A stretch of DNA of 60,474 nucleotides, filler included, from Rhizaria sp. SCN 62-66 (Eukaryota), in assembly GCA_001724265.1 (NCBI GenBank). It is 8 parts of 8 records of this genome, joined end to end, with 100 filler letters (N's around TTAATTAATTAA, not from the genome) between each part and the next. Parts side by side here need not be neighbours in the genome. Positions count along the whole stretch, not along the records: positions 47,870 to 54,138 come from MEDY01000619.1; positions 54,239 to 60,474 come from MEDY01000620.1; 6 more parts are not named here. One strand, written 5' to 3'. Shown in pieces: positions 49,382 through 60,474 of the stretch. Both the position numbers and the translations under genes were made by a program. How positions within the stretch are numbered: position 1 is the stretch's first letter; every line of letters starts with the position of its first letter. The notes under the pieces are model-generated. The model was given only the letters and a program-made list of their open reading frames with translations, made no database searches and was not told where the DNA came from.

Positions 49382-50438
49382 ATGGCAAGCGCGAACCCTC
49401 TGGACCACATGATCATCAAGTACCTCCAGTCGCAGGGCTACTTTTCGACCGCGCGCATCTTCCGCCGCGACGCCTCGTCCGGCAAGGACGACGTGGAGAC
49501 CTCGCACTCGCTCAAGGAGATGTACGACGACTACCAGGACTCCCCCGCCGCCGCCGACGCCGCGTTTGCAGTGATGCAGGCGAACGCCCCCAAGGACCTC
49601 GAGCTGGGCGCCCTGCGCGGCGGCGGCAAGGCGGCCACCGACGGCAGCAGCAGCGCGACCCTTCTGCGCGGCGCCGCGTCCGTGATTGACTCTTCTGAGT
49701 GCCCGCGTACCTTCATGGGCAACCTCCCGTTCAAGATCACTGAGGAGTTGCTGGCCGAGGCCTTCGCCGACTGCGGCCCGATCGAGAGCGTGCAGTGGAT
49801 CACCGACAAGGAGACGGGCAACTTTTACGGCACCGCATTCGTGGTGTTTGAGACGCTCGAGGGCGCCAAGGCCGCCGTCGCCGCCACGGGCCGCGAGATT
49901 CTGCAGCGCAAGCTCAAGATCAACTTCGCGCCGATGAAGGAAAAGCGCGCCGAGGCCGGCGAGAAGCGTGCGATGCCGCCCGCGCCCAAGCTGCACGACA
50001 AGCCCGAGGGCTGCCGCACGCTCTTCATTGGCAACCTTGGCTTCACGATTAGCGAGGACATGGTCCGTAACTTCTTCAGCGGCTGCGGCGAGGTCTACCA
50101 GGTACGACAATTACAACAAATACGCAGATATATCACTTTTAACGGAGGTAAAATTATTGTTTTCAAATATATTGCGTTGTTAGATATATGTCCTGCCAAA
50201 TTCACTTTAATTGGAACTGGTTATGAAAATCGAATGTCTTGTTTAAGAACGCCGCTCACTCTTTACTCACATTGTTTGTTTGTTCGTTCTTCTATAGGTT
50301 CGCTTCCAGAAGCGTGAGAGCGGCGAGTTCAAGGGCTGCGGCTTCATCGAGTTCCAGGATGAGTACGCCATTGCCAACGCCATCAAGCTCCACGCCAAGC
50401 CCCTCAACGGCCGTCCCGTGCGTCTTGACTTTGCGTAA
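49382..50438 (+). CDS. LisH-like motif plus two RRM domains (nucleolin/Nsr1-like RRMs); exons 49382-50101 and 50298-50438
   Basis: LDHMIIKYLQSQGYFSTARIFRRD; RRM1 (TFMGNLPF...FYGTAFVVF); RRM2 (LFIGNLGF...FKGCGFIEF...LNGRPVRLDFA). Intron GTACGA..ATAG. Stop is TAA. Confidence 0.88.
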
Positions 50439-50873
50439 ACACGCATGTTAAGCCGCTCGATGCGTCTCGGTGTAGTATTGTTTAGTTTGTTTTGAAACAT
50501 CAGTATATTGCGTTATTTCTAGTTTTATATATTAGTACAACAACACTTCTTGTACTCGCCATGTCAGAGTGCATATGATACATAATCAAACTTCGTAACC
50601 AGTAATTAGTCACATGACCTGCACCATCGTTTGGACATAACTACGAAATCTATTGTCGAGAAAACAGGGTAAACGCATTTTAGACGTATGTACAAGGCCC
50701 CCCAAACAACACACACACACAAAACAAAACAGCAACGTCGACAAAAAACTCAAACCCCAAGAAAGCATGACCTCGTAGAAAAAGCACTCGACCCTAGTCA
50801 CTCTGTGCCTTTTTCCCCGCGAAGAACACACGGCTTAACTTTAACACGCGGGCCGACGGGCGGGATCCCTTGT

Positions 50874-52663
50874 TCAGAAGTTGACCCTGCGCGTCTTCCA
50901 CCGCAGCAGCGTGGGCAGATCCTTATTCACGACGTCCATATACACGCCCATGCCAACGTTGCCACGCGCAACGCCCAGGTGAATGCGGGTCTGATCGACC
51001 AGCTTCTGGTCATTGAGCCCGCGCGCGATCTGGTACGCCTTCTCAAAGTACGCCACTGCGCGCTCGTGATCGCCCGCGTTGGCGGCGTTGAGACCCAACA
51101 GTGTGCACGCCTCGGCTTGCTGTCGTGGTTGCTGGTTGCGCGCAGAGAGCTCATTGCACCACGCCAGGTGCTTCCCAGCCTGCTCACGATCCCCCAGCGC
51201 CGTGTAAGCCTCGGCGATGCCCGAGTACGCCGCGGCCTCGGCCAGCTGGTCGTGCGTCTGCTTCGCAATCTCCAGATACCGCAGCTGCCACTTAAGCGCC
51301 TGCGCAGTGTCGCCGACTTTAGCGCACGCGACGCCGAGCTTGTGTGTGATTACGCCCTCGACCTTGGCGTCCCCGGAGTCAAACGCCGACTTGAGGCACT
51401 TGTGGTACAGCTCCACGGCGGCCGCGGCGTCCCCGCGCGCCATGGTCGCGTCGGCGTGGCGCTGCCCCACGTCGCACAGCTGCTTGTTGGCGTAAACGAC
51501 GCGTTCGTCGTCGTTCATCTGCAGCGCCAGCGCGAGGTGGCGCTCGTGGAAGCGGATCGCAAGCGGCAGGTCGCCCAGCGCGTCGTGCGTCACGCCCAGG
51601 TTGTTGTTCGCGATGCTCTGCTGTGCGAGATTGCCCGTACTCTCGCTTAAATCGAGGCACTTCTCGTAGAAGTACACGGAGGTCTTGTAGTCGCCACGCT
51701 CCTGGAAGTAGCTCGCGAGGCGCTCGTAGGACTCCAGTACGCGGTTCGAGTCCGCGCGGCGGTGTGCGCGCTCAGCCGAGCACAGGTTCGCCTGGACCTG
51801 GGGCAGGTGGGCCTCGGGGATCTCAGCACGGGTCGTGTCCTGTCAAGTGCAGAGAAAAGTGTTAAATGTGAGATTTGACGAGGTATACAACACAGCCGCA
51901 AGCTAACAATACATTATATAGTGATTACAACATTAAATCATATTATTCCAGAAAATAGCAACGAAAAGAAGTGAAATAAACCTTTAAAACCTTGTTGTGT
52001 AGAAGTAGCTTGGCGTACCTGGTCAGTGCGGTGAGTCAGGTAGAAAAAGTCAACGAACGAGTTGACATAGCCCTTGCACAGGGTGTCAATGCAAATGCCG
52101 TGCTTAGTAGACGCAGAGGTCGTGATACCGCCCGCCATCGTGGAATTATTGGCTCCGGTCGTGGTGAAAGGCATCTGATGTTGCTGACCGCCGGCACCAC
52201 CGCTGTTGTTATTGTTGTTGTTGAGAGAGAAAGGGGACGTGTTGGCGGTGCTCGCCTTGAAGTCGGGGTGGAGGATGTTGAGTCCCGTGGGGATCCCGCC
52301 GCCATTCTCGTCGTCATCGTGGCGGCTGCTGTGGCCACGCTTGCTCTGCTTGCTTGAGCCAGCTGCCTTGTTCGCATTGCCGCCGCTAGCGTTCACAGTC
52401 GTGTTGCTGCTGTTGCTGGAGCGGAGCGCGGAGCTCATCCAGGCCGTGTTGGGCGCAACTACCTGGCCGCTCTGCGCACCCGCAGCAGAGGGGCCGAGCG
52501 CGGCGGCGCGGGCGCCCGTGCGCGGGGCCATCCGCGCTGCGCCGCCACTGCTAGAGATGGAGCTGCTCGAGCTGGGGTGCGATCCTGCGTTTGCATGCGC
52601 GCCCGGCCGGCCCGCGGAGGGAGCGGAGGGCGCGTACTTGTCTGGGCGCGGGGCAAAAGACAT
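50874..52663 (-). CDS. TTC29: TPR protein, TTC29-like (flagellar); exons 52663-52019 and 51839-50874
   Basis: CIDTLCKGYVNSFVDFFYLTHR, tandem TPRs, and a C-terminal LLRWK motif. Phase-0 intron GTACGC..ACAG. Stop is TGA. Confidence 0.75.
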
Positions 52664-53337
52664 GACGCGCGACAGGCAGAGGGAAGCTGCGAAAGGGTGT
52701 GGCTCTGACTGGTGGTTTGTGGCGGTGGCTGGGGTGGGAGAGTGGGGCTGAAGTCGGAATGAAACGGGAGATACAGCTCGGTGAACAAGGAGGTCTCGAA
52801 ATAGAAAAATAAAAAGATCGAATTAATTCTACGCGATTAATCCTGGGTGCGTACAGTTCTGCGTCTTGTCGTTGGGAAGTGAACGAACTCGGACCGTTTT
52901 ATCTTCGTTTGGTAACCGCTCTTGACTTGGGCCTAACACGGGGGTCGTGAATTACATGTTTGTGGTGTGGCGGCACTCAGCCAGACTCCCCATCCCCGAT
53001 AAACAGCACTTGATTATCCCGTGAAATAACCGTCAATAATGCATCTAAACGCATGATTATACTTAGCACGTAGTTTGAAATATGTTTTTGTATTATTATT
53101 GTGTAAATTGCAGTATACGTGTAGATTAACCCTATCAAACGGCTCAGCCCTCCCTCAAAACTTCAGGTCAAGACATCAACTCTCTACATCGCATTTTCTA
53201 CCTGAAGACTAGATGTCAAGAGGACAAAAGGTTAAACTTAAGCACACATCACAAGGATACGCCTTCAGAAAATACCGGTTTTCAGAGGTCCCTACACGGT
53301 CTTGTAAGTCAAACATGCTATCAAAGAGGAGCTGAAA

Positions 53338-54041
53338 ATGACTGGGGATGAGGAGGCAACACGTAAGAAGCACAATGTCCCCCAGCAGTGGCTTAGTCGC
53401 ACATATCGAACGCTATCTATATTCCCTGACGTCTCAGATCAAGCACTTGCGTTAGCAATGCCTCCACACAATGATGAACGCAACCCTGGCTATGATCTTG
53501 CTCTACGCGCTCAAGGTACGCTGTACTACACGATCGAGTGCAGATTTTGGCAGTAATTTATGTTGCATTTCTCCATATAATGATTTTTTTCGTTTTAACA
53601 GTGCATTTCGTTAGTTTATGAGTATTGTCATTATTTAGATTGGATTTTATTTTTCATACTAATCAAATCACGTGTATATCCTTGTTTTCAATTTTGTCTA
53701 GGACGCAGAGCATTTAAGCCAAGTACGACAGCACATTTTCACGCCTCCTTTCGCTGGTGTACATGTGCCAGATCCAAGTCATGTCCACGGAGGAGAAGAT
53801 GACGTTCACGAAGATCCTCAACACTAACCTTGAGTCGCACCCTCGTTACATTACAGAGCGCACCACTGCTTTGGGCGCGCCCTTTCCTGTGTCTCTCAGG
53901 CGCATCAACAACGCGCTGGGCTTGAACACACGCAGAGGGCTCGCCTTCAACGCCAACACCCCCCCCAGACACCATGGAGTGCGGGGCATACTATCTACTT
54001 ATCAACTACGCCGCCAGCTCCACGTCCCTGTAGGTCCTTAA
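53338..54041 (+). pseudogene. Possible intron-containing pseudogene or short gene
   Basis: Consensus donor AAG/GTACGC (about 53516), AT-rich intron, acceptor CTAG (about 53701). The codon-biased downstream frame (KYDSTFSRLLSLVYMCQIQ...) is preceded by TAA and does not join cleanly. Confidence 0.35.
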
Positions 54042-54238
54042 GTGCCTGAGCCTCAGCCTCAGTCTCGCCGCTGTTACAGCCACAGTCGCATGGCTCAGAG
54101 TCACAGTCACACGCAAACAAACAAACAAACGAACCCGTNNNNNNNNNNNNNNNNNNNNNNNNNNNNNNNNNNNNNNNNNNNNTTAATTAATTAANNNNNN
54201 NNNNNNNNNNNNNNNNNNNNNNNNNNNNNNNNNNNNNN

Positions 54239-56721
54239 TGGCCGTGGCCGGCAGCCGCGTCGGTCGCGTTGTAACGTGGGCCCACCACGGCGCCCAGGGG
54301 CGCACGCTCGCCGTCGCCGTCATTCGCGCTCGCACTACTACTGGACAGAGCAGTGGCAGCGCTGCTGGCGCCTGTGCCGGAGCTGGCGGCGAGCGCGACC
54401 GCTACGGGGGACGGCCCGGCCGAGGCGGGCGCGGAGCCGTCGCCGTCGCTGTTGCTGTTGCTGTTGAGGTTAGTATTAGCGCTCACGCTGACGCTCATGG
54501 TGTTGTCCCCGGGGGACAGCGCCAGCGAGCCGGGACCCGAACCGGCGGCGGCCGCCGCACTGGCGCTGCCGACGCCTCCAAGCAGTGCCTGCGGCGCCGG
54601 GGACGACGCCTGCGCAGAGCCCGGCGCGACGCGCGAGAGCGTGTGGTAGCGCGCGACGATAGCGTGCGGCGCCGTCGAATGCGACCCGACGCGACCCGGC
54701 GCGCCCGCGATCGAGCCCTTGCGGCGCTGGGGGCCGGGCGCGCCGGCGGGCGCGCGGCGCATCGCGGACACGCCTGCGGCGCTCGCGCCGGCGCCCCCCG
54801 CGGCGAGACCGGCGCCGTCAAAGGCGAGCGGTGCGGGGAAGGGGATGCTGTTGGTGCGGGAGAGGCCGCCGGCGGCGGTGGGCGACGCGGCCGGGATCGG
54901 GACGGCGTCCGAAGAGACGGGCACGGTCAGACCGGGTGACTGCAGGCCGCTGCTGCCGGTCGACGCCGTCGCTGCGGCGGCGCCAGAGACCGACAGCGGG
55001 GGCGGGGGCACGACCGAGAGCGCGCGCGGGGTGGCCGAGGCCAGCGCGTAGGGTGGCAGCGCAGCCGAGTAGCCGCCCGCCGCGCCCGCGCCCGCAAAGC
55101 CGCCCGCGCCCGCGTAGCCGCCGGCGGCGCTGGCGGGGTCCTCGACGCTCATGGGCGCGGCCTTGCTGTGCAGCGCGGAGCCCTGGCCGAGAGCGCCCGG
55201 GACGGCGGGCGGCAGCGGTGCGGCGAGCGAGTAGCCTCCCGTGACGCCGAAGACGCTAGGCAGGAAGGGCGAGCGGTCCGGGCCGAACCCCGCGGCCACG
55301 GACGCGTAGCGCGGGTTATAGCCGATGCCGACGGAGCCGGCGCCGAGTCCGAAGCTAGCCAGCCCGTCGGTGCCGCCGCCGACCGTGTGGCCGTCGTAGC
55401 CGTAGCCCGCGCCGGCGGCGGAGGCGGCGGCGGCGGCGGCGGCGGCGTCCGCTGCGGACGAGGCCGAGGCGGAGAGTCTGTTGTCTGCGATGACGCGGCG
55501 GCGACGCACCATAAGGTACACGAGCCACTCGACGAGCGAGATGCACAGCGCGAAGATGGCGAAGCCGCGCAGGCCGGCCGAGTTGGCGAGCCCGGCCTTG
55601 ACGGAGCAGTAGACGACCGAGAAGAAGGCAACAAAGAGCGCGAGCGACGCGGCGCGCGGGGCCAGCTGGAAGCGGTAGGCGTAGGCAAGGAAGAGGATCG
55701 CGAAGCGGAAGAGCGCCATGAGTAGGATGTCGACGCCGTCGTCGCGGAAAGAAAAGTAGCGCACATCGTGGTCGATGTCGTAGAAGATGTTGGAGAAGGA
55801 GTTGTCGCCGTGCAGCAGCGTGTGGTAGAGCGCGATCGACAGCACCAGGTCGACGATAGTAAGGAGGCGGGCGGCCGAGGAGAGGATCATGAATGCGCAG
55901 CACGCGCCCAGGAAGTAGCAGTGCGAGCAGAAGCGCTCGACGTCGAAGCGCATACAGGGCCCGCAGCAGCGCGCCTTGAAGCGGCCGCAGCAGCCACGCG
56001 GGGCCGCGGCGCCGGGCTCGCCGTCGGCGCCCAGCGACGAGCCGCCGGGGCCGTCGAACCAGCCCAACCCACCCGCGCCGCCGCCGCCCATGTCGTCGTC
56101 GTCGTCGTCGTCGCCCATCGCCGCGTGCGACAGCATCACGCGCCGCGCGGGCCGCAGTGTCGAGCCCGCGGCCCCGTTACCATGGCGGCCGACGGAGCCG
56201 TTGTACGACGTGCCGCCCGCCGCGTTGCCGTAGCCGCGGCCGAAAGTGGCGCCTCCGCTCGCGCGCGGGGCCGCTGCGTTGGCCGTCACGGTCACCGAGT
56301 GCGGGGAGGAGAGCTCGTCGGTGGGGGGCCCGTCGCTCGAGATAGAGCTCGTGCGCACCTTGCTGCGGCCGGCCGCGGTCGCGCGCGGGCCCGCGGGGGC
56401 GCTGGTGCTGCCCAGGCCCGCGTAGGCCGCGTGCTGACTCATGTTAGCGCTAGAGGCGGACTTGACGGAGTTGGAGTTGGAGCTCGCGCTGTTGGAGAAC
56501 TGGGACTGGAAGCCTGAGCTCGACTTCTGGCCGCCGGCTGCGGCAAACGCGTTCGGGCGGGCGTTGCCCGACGACGACGAAGCGGCGAGGTCGCCGAACG
56601 AGTGATGGTGCTGCTGCTGCGGCGGCAGCGGGCCGCCGTGCTCGTGGTCCGAGTCGTCGGGGTGCAGCAGCCCGTCGGTGGTGTTCTTGCGCGGGCGCGT
56701 GCCCAGCGGGGAGAGCGACAT
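54239..56721 (-). CDS. Membrane protein with a 4-TM MENTAL-like (or ABCB9 TMD0-like) domain in low-complexity flanks, 3' truncated
   Basis: LLTIVDLVLSIALY...DVRYFSFRDDGVDILLMALFRFAILFLAYA...YCSVKA...ISLVEW resembles the recalled STARD3/STARD3NL pattern FDLL...DIFLLAVFRFKVLILAYA...AWIETW. Confidence 0.7.
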
Positions 56722-57447
56722 GCGCGACAATCACCCGCCTCGGTTCACGCCGCAGGAGGGAGAAACGTGTTGGGCGGGAACGAGGAAAGGGAGCGAGGGG
56801 CGCGAGGCACCAAGCAAACAGGTGAGAAGTGGGACCTCAGTGACTACCAACCGAGCAGTAGGCACGCGGGCGGAGCAGTTCGGAGAGTCGATACGTGTCA
56901 AACACGTAAGGTGCTCTGTGTCAGAACATGGCAAAAGGTGCGGAGAGAAAATCGTGAGGAAGTCGGGTGCACAAACGGTGAATTAAACATGCCCCCGCGC
57001 TCACACTTTGAATTATCCGTGCGAAATGCGAACAGCAATAACACTGCATATACAGTAGCTTACGGGTTTTCGTAATAGAATATGGTGGAAAACGCATAAA
57101 TAAAGTAGGTATACGATGTACAAAAGAAAAACTGCGAAGTGATCGCACACATCTCCCTGTGTAAATCGGACTTACGACGTCACCGCCACCACTGCGGTCG
57201 ACGAGGCGGTGGCACCGAGACAGCAAAAAGCAATCGGGTGGTGGCCAAAAGTCGTTCCGGATATCTCGATCAATCTATCGTCTGACGTACGTTTGACGCC
57301 ATTACGCTCACTGAATAACACTTCTGTTCATTATATTTAAATTAAATTTTCTGGGATCTTGATATAGCCCTAGGTCTACGCCCTTCTGTAAGAGACATCT
57401 CCCAGTCCAGACCTTCGCCCTCGCGCGTCCCGCCTCTCCCGTCCCCG

Positions 57448-59958
57448 ATGGCGACCGTGGCGGCTTGTCCCTCGCGCGCCGCGTCCCCCACGCCGGCCTA
57501 CCTTGCTGGCGCCGAGCTGCTTGCCCCGCGCTACGTCTCGTACGCGGGCCCCGACGCGCGCGGCCGCTGGGTCCTGCTGATCGTCTTCGCTTTCTTCGCA
57601 TACTCCTACGTGGCTTACTTGCTCACCTCTAAGGTCGACCGCGTCATCTCAGCCGACATCGTCACGGCGCCCGCGCAGCTCCCCGTGCTCGCCGCCGCGC
57701 TGCGCGCCTCGCTCTTCGCGCTGCCGCTGCGCGTCGCTGTCGTTTCCTCCGCCGACGCCCCCGTCTCCCCCACCGTCGCCGACTCAGTCTTCGCCCGCAT
57801 CTCAACCGCCGCCGCGCGCGCCGCTGCGGCTGTCACTGGCGCACCCGCGTCCTCGGCCCGCGTGGTCTCCTTTGCGCCCACTTTGACCGCGCTGACTGTC
57901 GCGCCCGCGCTCCTGACTGAGCTCGCGACCGTAACCTCCGCCGCCGCCGCCGCCGCTGTTGCGGCGACCGCGAAGCCCGCCGCCGCCGCTGCCGCCACCG
58001 CGGTCGCCGACGCCGCGCTCTCTGCACTCCTCGCAGTATACGACAACAACAACGCCGCCAGCGCTCCGAGTGACGAGATCACGGTAGTTATTGTGGACTC
58101 TGCAGCGTTCAAGCCCGCCGCATCATCCGAGGCGGCGAATGCATCGAAGGCAACGAAGGACTCTGCAGCAGTGTGGACGATGGGTCCTGGCACCAAGGCC
58201 TGGGCCACGATGCCTCTTTTGCGCTCCGACGCCGCCACTGACGCCGCGGCCGACGCGGTGGCGTCCCTGCTCGCTGCCGCTCTGCTGCCCTACGCCGCAG
58301 CCATCTCCGCCTCCTCGTCCGCCGCCAACACCGACTCTGCCGCCGCCGCTGCCGCCGCGCTGCCCCCCAGTGCGTTCGGGCTTCCGGGCCTTGCCTGGAC
58401 GCAGTACGCGGCCCTGCGCTCGGCGCTGCCGCCGCGGCGCGCGCTCGCGCTCACGGTCGCGCTCGCGCACGCAGTGCCCGCCGACCCTGCTGACTCAGCA
58501 GGGGACGGCGGGGTTATTCGGGTGAAGTGTGCGAAGAGTGGCGGCAACGGCGATCAGTGTGTGGAGCAGCGTGCGCGGCTTGTGCCCTGCTCACAGTCAC
58601 CGAGCGGGTGCCCGCGGTCGCTCTCCGCGGCGCGCGACATCATGCCTTTGCTCTCGCCGCTGCTCGCCGCTCTCAACGCAGACGTTAACTCCCAGTTTCA
58701 GTCGCAGTCACATTCAGCGGACGACGCAGTCGCTGGCGCCGCCATTGGCGCCGCCGGCGTCGCAGTGACTCTGAGCGCGGTCACGACGCACGCGGTGCCG
58801 CTGCTGCCCGCGGCTCGCGCGCTCACTGCCATACACGGCAAAAGCAACGGCAACGGCAGCGGAAACGGAAACGGCAACGGCAACAACGGCATCGCTGTGT
58901 CTGTGTCGGAGGCGGTGTTGCTGTCAGCCGTCACGAAGGGCAAGAGCCTCTGGGACAGCCCTTCCGTCACCACAACCACCACGACGTTCGCCACCAGCAA
59001 CAACGATGATCACGTGGTTGACGAAGACACGGAGCAGGGCTCGCTCACCATCCTCGCCGTCGCGCCCCCTGCGGCCGCGGTGACCGTGGGCGGCCAGAGC
59101 GCTACCAATGACCGTGAGCGCCCTGCGACTGTGGGCTGGGGTGTCGTTGACGCCCACGGTCACCCGCTGCCACCGCTGCTGCTGCTGCCGCGCTGGGGCG
59201 CCGCTCTCTTGCTCAACAGCAACAGCAACGCCGAAAACAACGCCAGCAGTGTGGGCAGCGGTGAGCGCAGCGGCGACAGCGGCCTGCATCCTGCGTCCGA
59301 CGCGGTGGCCTCGGCCGCGGCCGCCGCGCTGCGCCTGGCCCTCGGGCTGCCCCCCGCCGTGCCGCGCGCCCCGCTCTCCCTCCCCATCCCCTAGCCCGAA
59401 CACCCTCGCTCTCGCGCCGCTGACGTCAAGAGCGCTGACAGTGCCGTCGCCGTCGCGTCGCCGCAGCATGCCGTGTTCGCCCCGTCGAGCGCGGGCGTCT
59501 GCGGCTGGGAGTTGCTACTCTGGCGCCGCCTGCGCGCCTGGGACGCGCTGTCCGCGGCCACCGCGGCGCTCGTGTCCACCGCCGAGCTGCTGGCCAAGGC
59601 GCCGCACATGCCGTTCCCGAGGGGGCAGGCCGCGCGCGCGGGCCGGGCGCTGGCGCTGCTGCGCGAGGCCCAGGCGCACCTCCAGTCTAAGGGAGGCTCT
59701 ATGAGTGTAAGTGCCGGTGTGTCTGCGCCGTCGAGCGCGGCCGCGACGGCCGCTGCGTCGGCGCTGCTGCGCGCGAGCAGTGCTGCGCGCGCGGCGCTGT
59801 TTGACGCGGGCATGGTGCCGCTGCTCTATTTCCCCGACGAGCACGCGTACGCGGTCTACGCGCCGCTGTTCGCGCCCATCATCGTGCCTGTGCTCGCCGC
59901 GCTCTTCAAGCTTGCCAAGGCCGCCGTCGCCAAACGCAAGGCTGTCAAGCAGGCGTGA
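57448..59958 (+). CDS. PIGS: GPI transamidase subunit PIG-S/Gpi17 with an in-frame TAG at 59392-59394
   Basis: N-terminal TM followed by TSKVDR, then LLPRWG and LRLALGL. After the TAG, in the same frame: GWEL...LVSTAELL and ALFDAGMVPLLYFPDEHAYAVYAPLFAPIIVPVL, the PIG-S C-terminal signature and TM. Stop is TGA. Confidence 0.88.
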
Positions 59959-60400
59959 TGTGGGCTGTGTGGTAAGCTAGTCAGCAAGATAGGATTGAGT
60001 TGCGAAGTGGCGTTTTTGCTGAAATTATACGTTATTTAGATAAGATCATTGGCCATGGACTTCAATTAATACAAGTCAAGATTTGGTGTCATCAAGCGAG
60101 TTGTGAAGTTGGTTTGAGATAGTGTTCGTATTGCAGTTACATGAAGGTGTGTGATTGAACAAACTTGGTAGAGTGTATTCTTGTTTGAATTGAAAGGTTT
60201 TTGATTTTGCTTCGCTTGCTGAAATAACAGGTTTGAAGTTCACTTTGATCACGGGGCTCACATCACTGACACTGACGCTGCGCCACGAAGGAGCAGCATC
60301 TCCGAACGCCAAAATGAAACGTAAAGAAACAAAAAATATAAAGTTGTTGTTGGAAGTAAAAACAGAAAAAGAAAAAGTAGTATATCTATAAGCGGAGTAT

Positions 60401-60458
60401 AACTCACACGAACAAAAATGAACTATCACAACTCACACGAACAAAAATGAACTATCGC
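60401..60458 (+). repeat. 29-bp tandem duplication
   Basis: AACTCACACGAACAAAAATGAACTATC(A/G)C occurs twice. Confidence 0.85.
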
Positions 60459-60474
60459 ATAAGTCATCACAACT

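Noticed and set aside
60401-60458. CRISPR-like repeat
   Set aside because: Two adjacent copies with no spacer, in a eukaryotic context with no cas genes.

Overview
Eukaryotic (flagellate protist-like) nuclear DNA, not prokaryotic. The window is eight short contigs joined by artificial 100-nt N spacers containing TTAATTAATTAA, so adjacency across spacers means nothing. Coding exons are GC-rich, often with Ala/Ser/Gly low-complexity inserts, and are split by AT-rich GT-AG introns of about 110-490 nt whose donors follow GTRYG/GTAAG. Recognisable genes: a MORN-repeat protein, a DBP8/DDX49 helicase, an Esa1/Tip60 MYST acetyltransferase, RPS15A, a dynein light chain, an importin-alpha-like protein, a Sushi/CCP surface protein, an N-acylated EF-hand-like protein, an LRR protein, a LisH-2xRRM protein, a TTC29-like TPR protein, a MENTAL/TMD0-like membrane protein, PIG-S and tRNA-Asp(GTC). 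The main lead is a probable non-standard genetic code or UAG readthrough. Single in-frame TAG codons interrupt PIG-S (59392-59394) and an otherwise contig-long ORF (23828-23830), while none of the 13 gene ends I could model uses TAG (7 TGA, 6 TAA). Secondary leads are two unusually long introns carrying multi-hairpin candidate ncRNAs, a contig bounded by inverted copies of one gene's 3' end, and a 48-aa microprotein. All homology calls come from recalled motifs; no searches were run.
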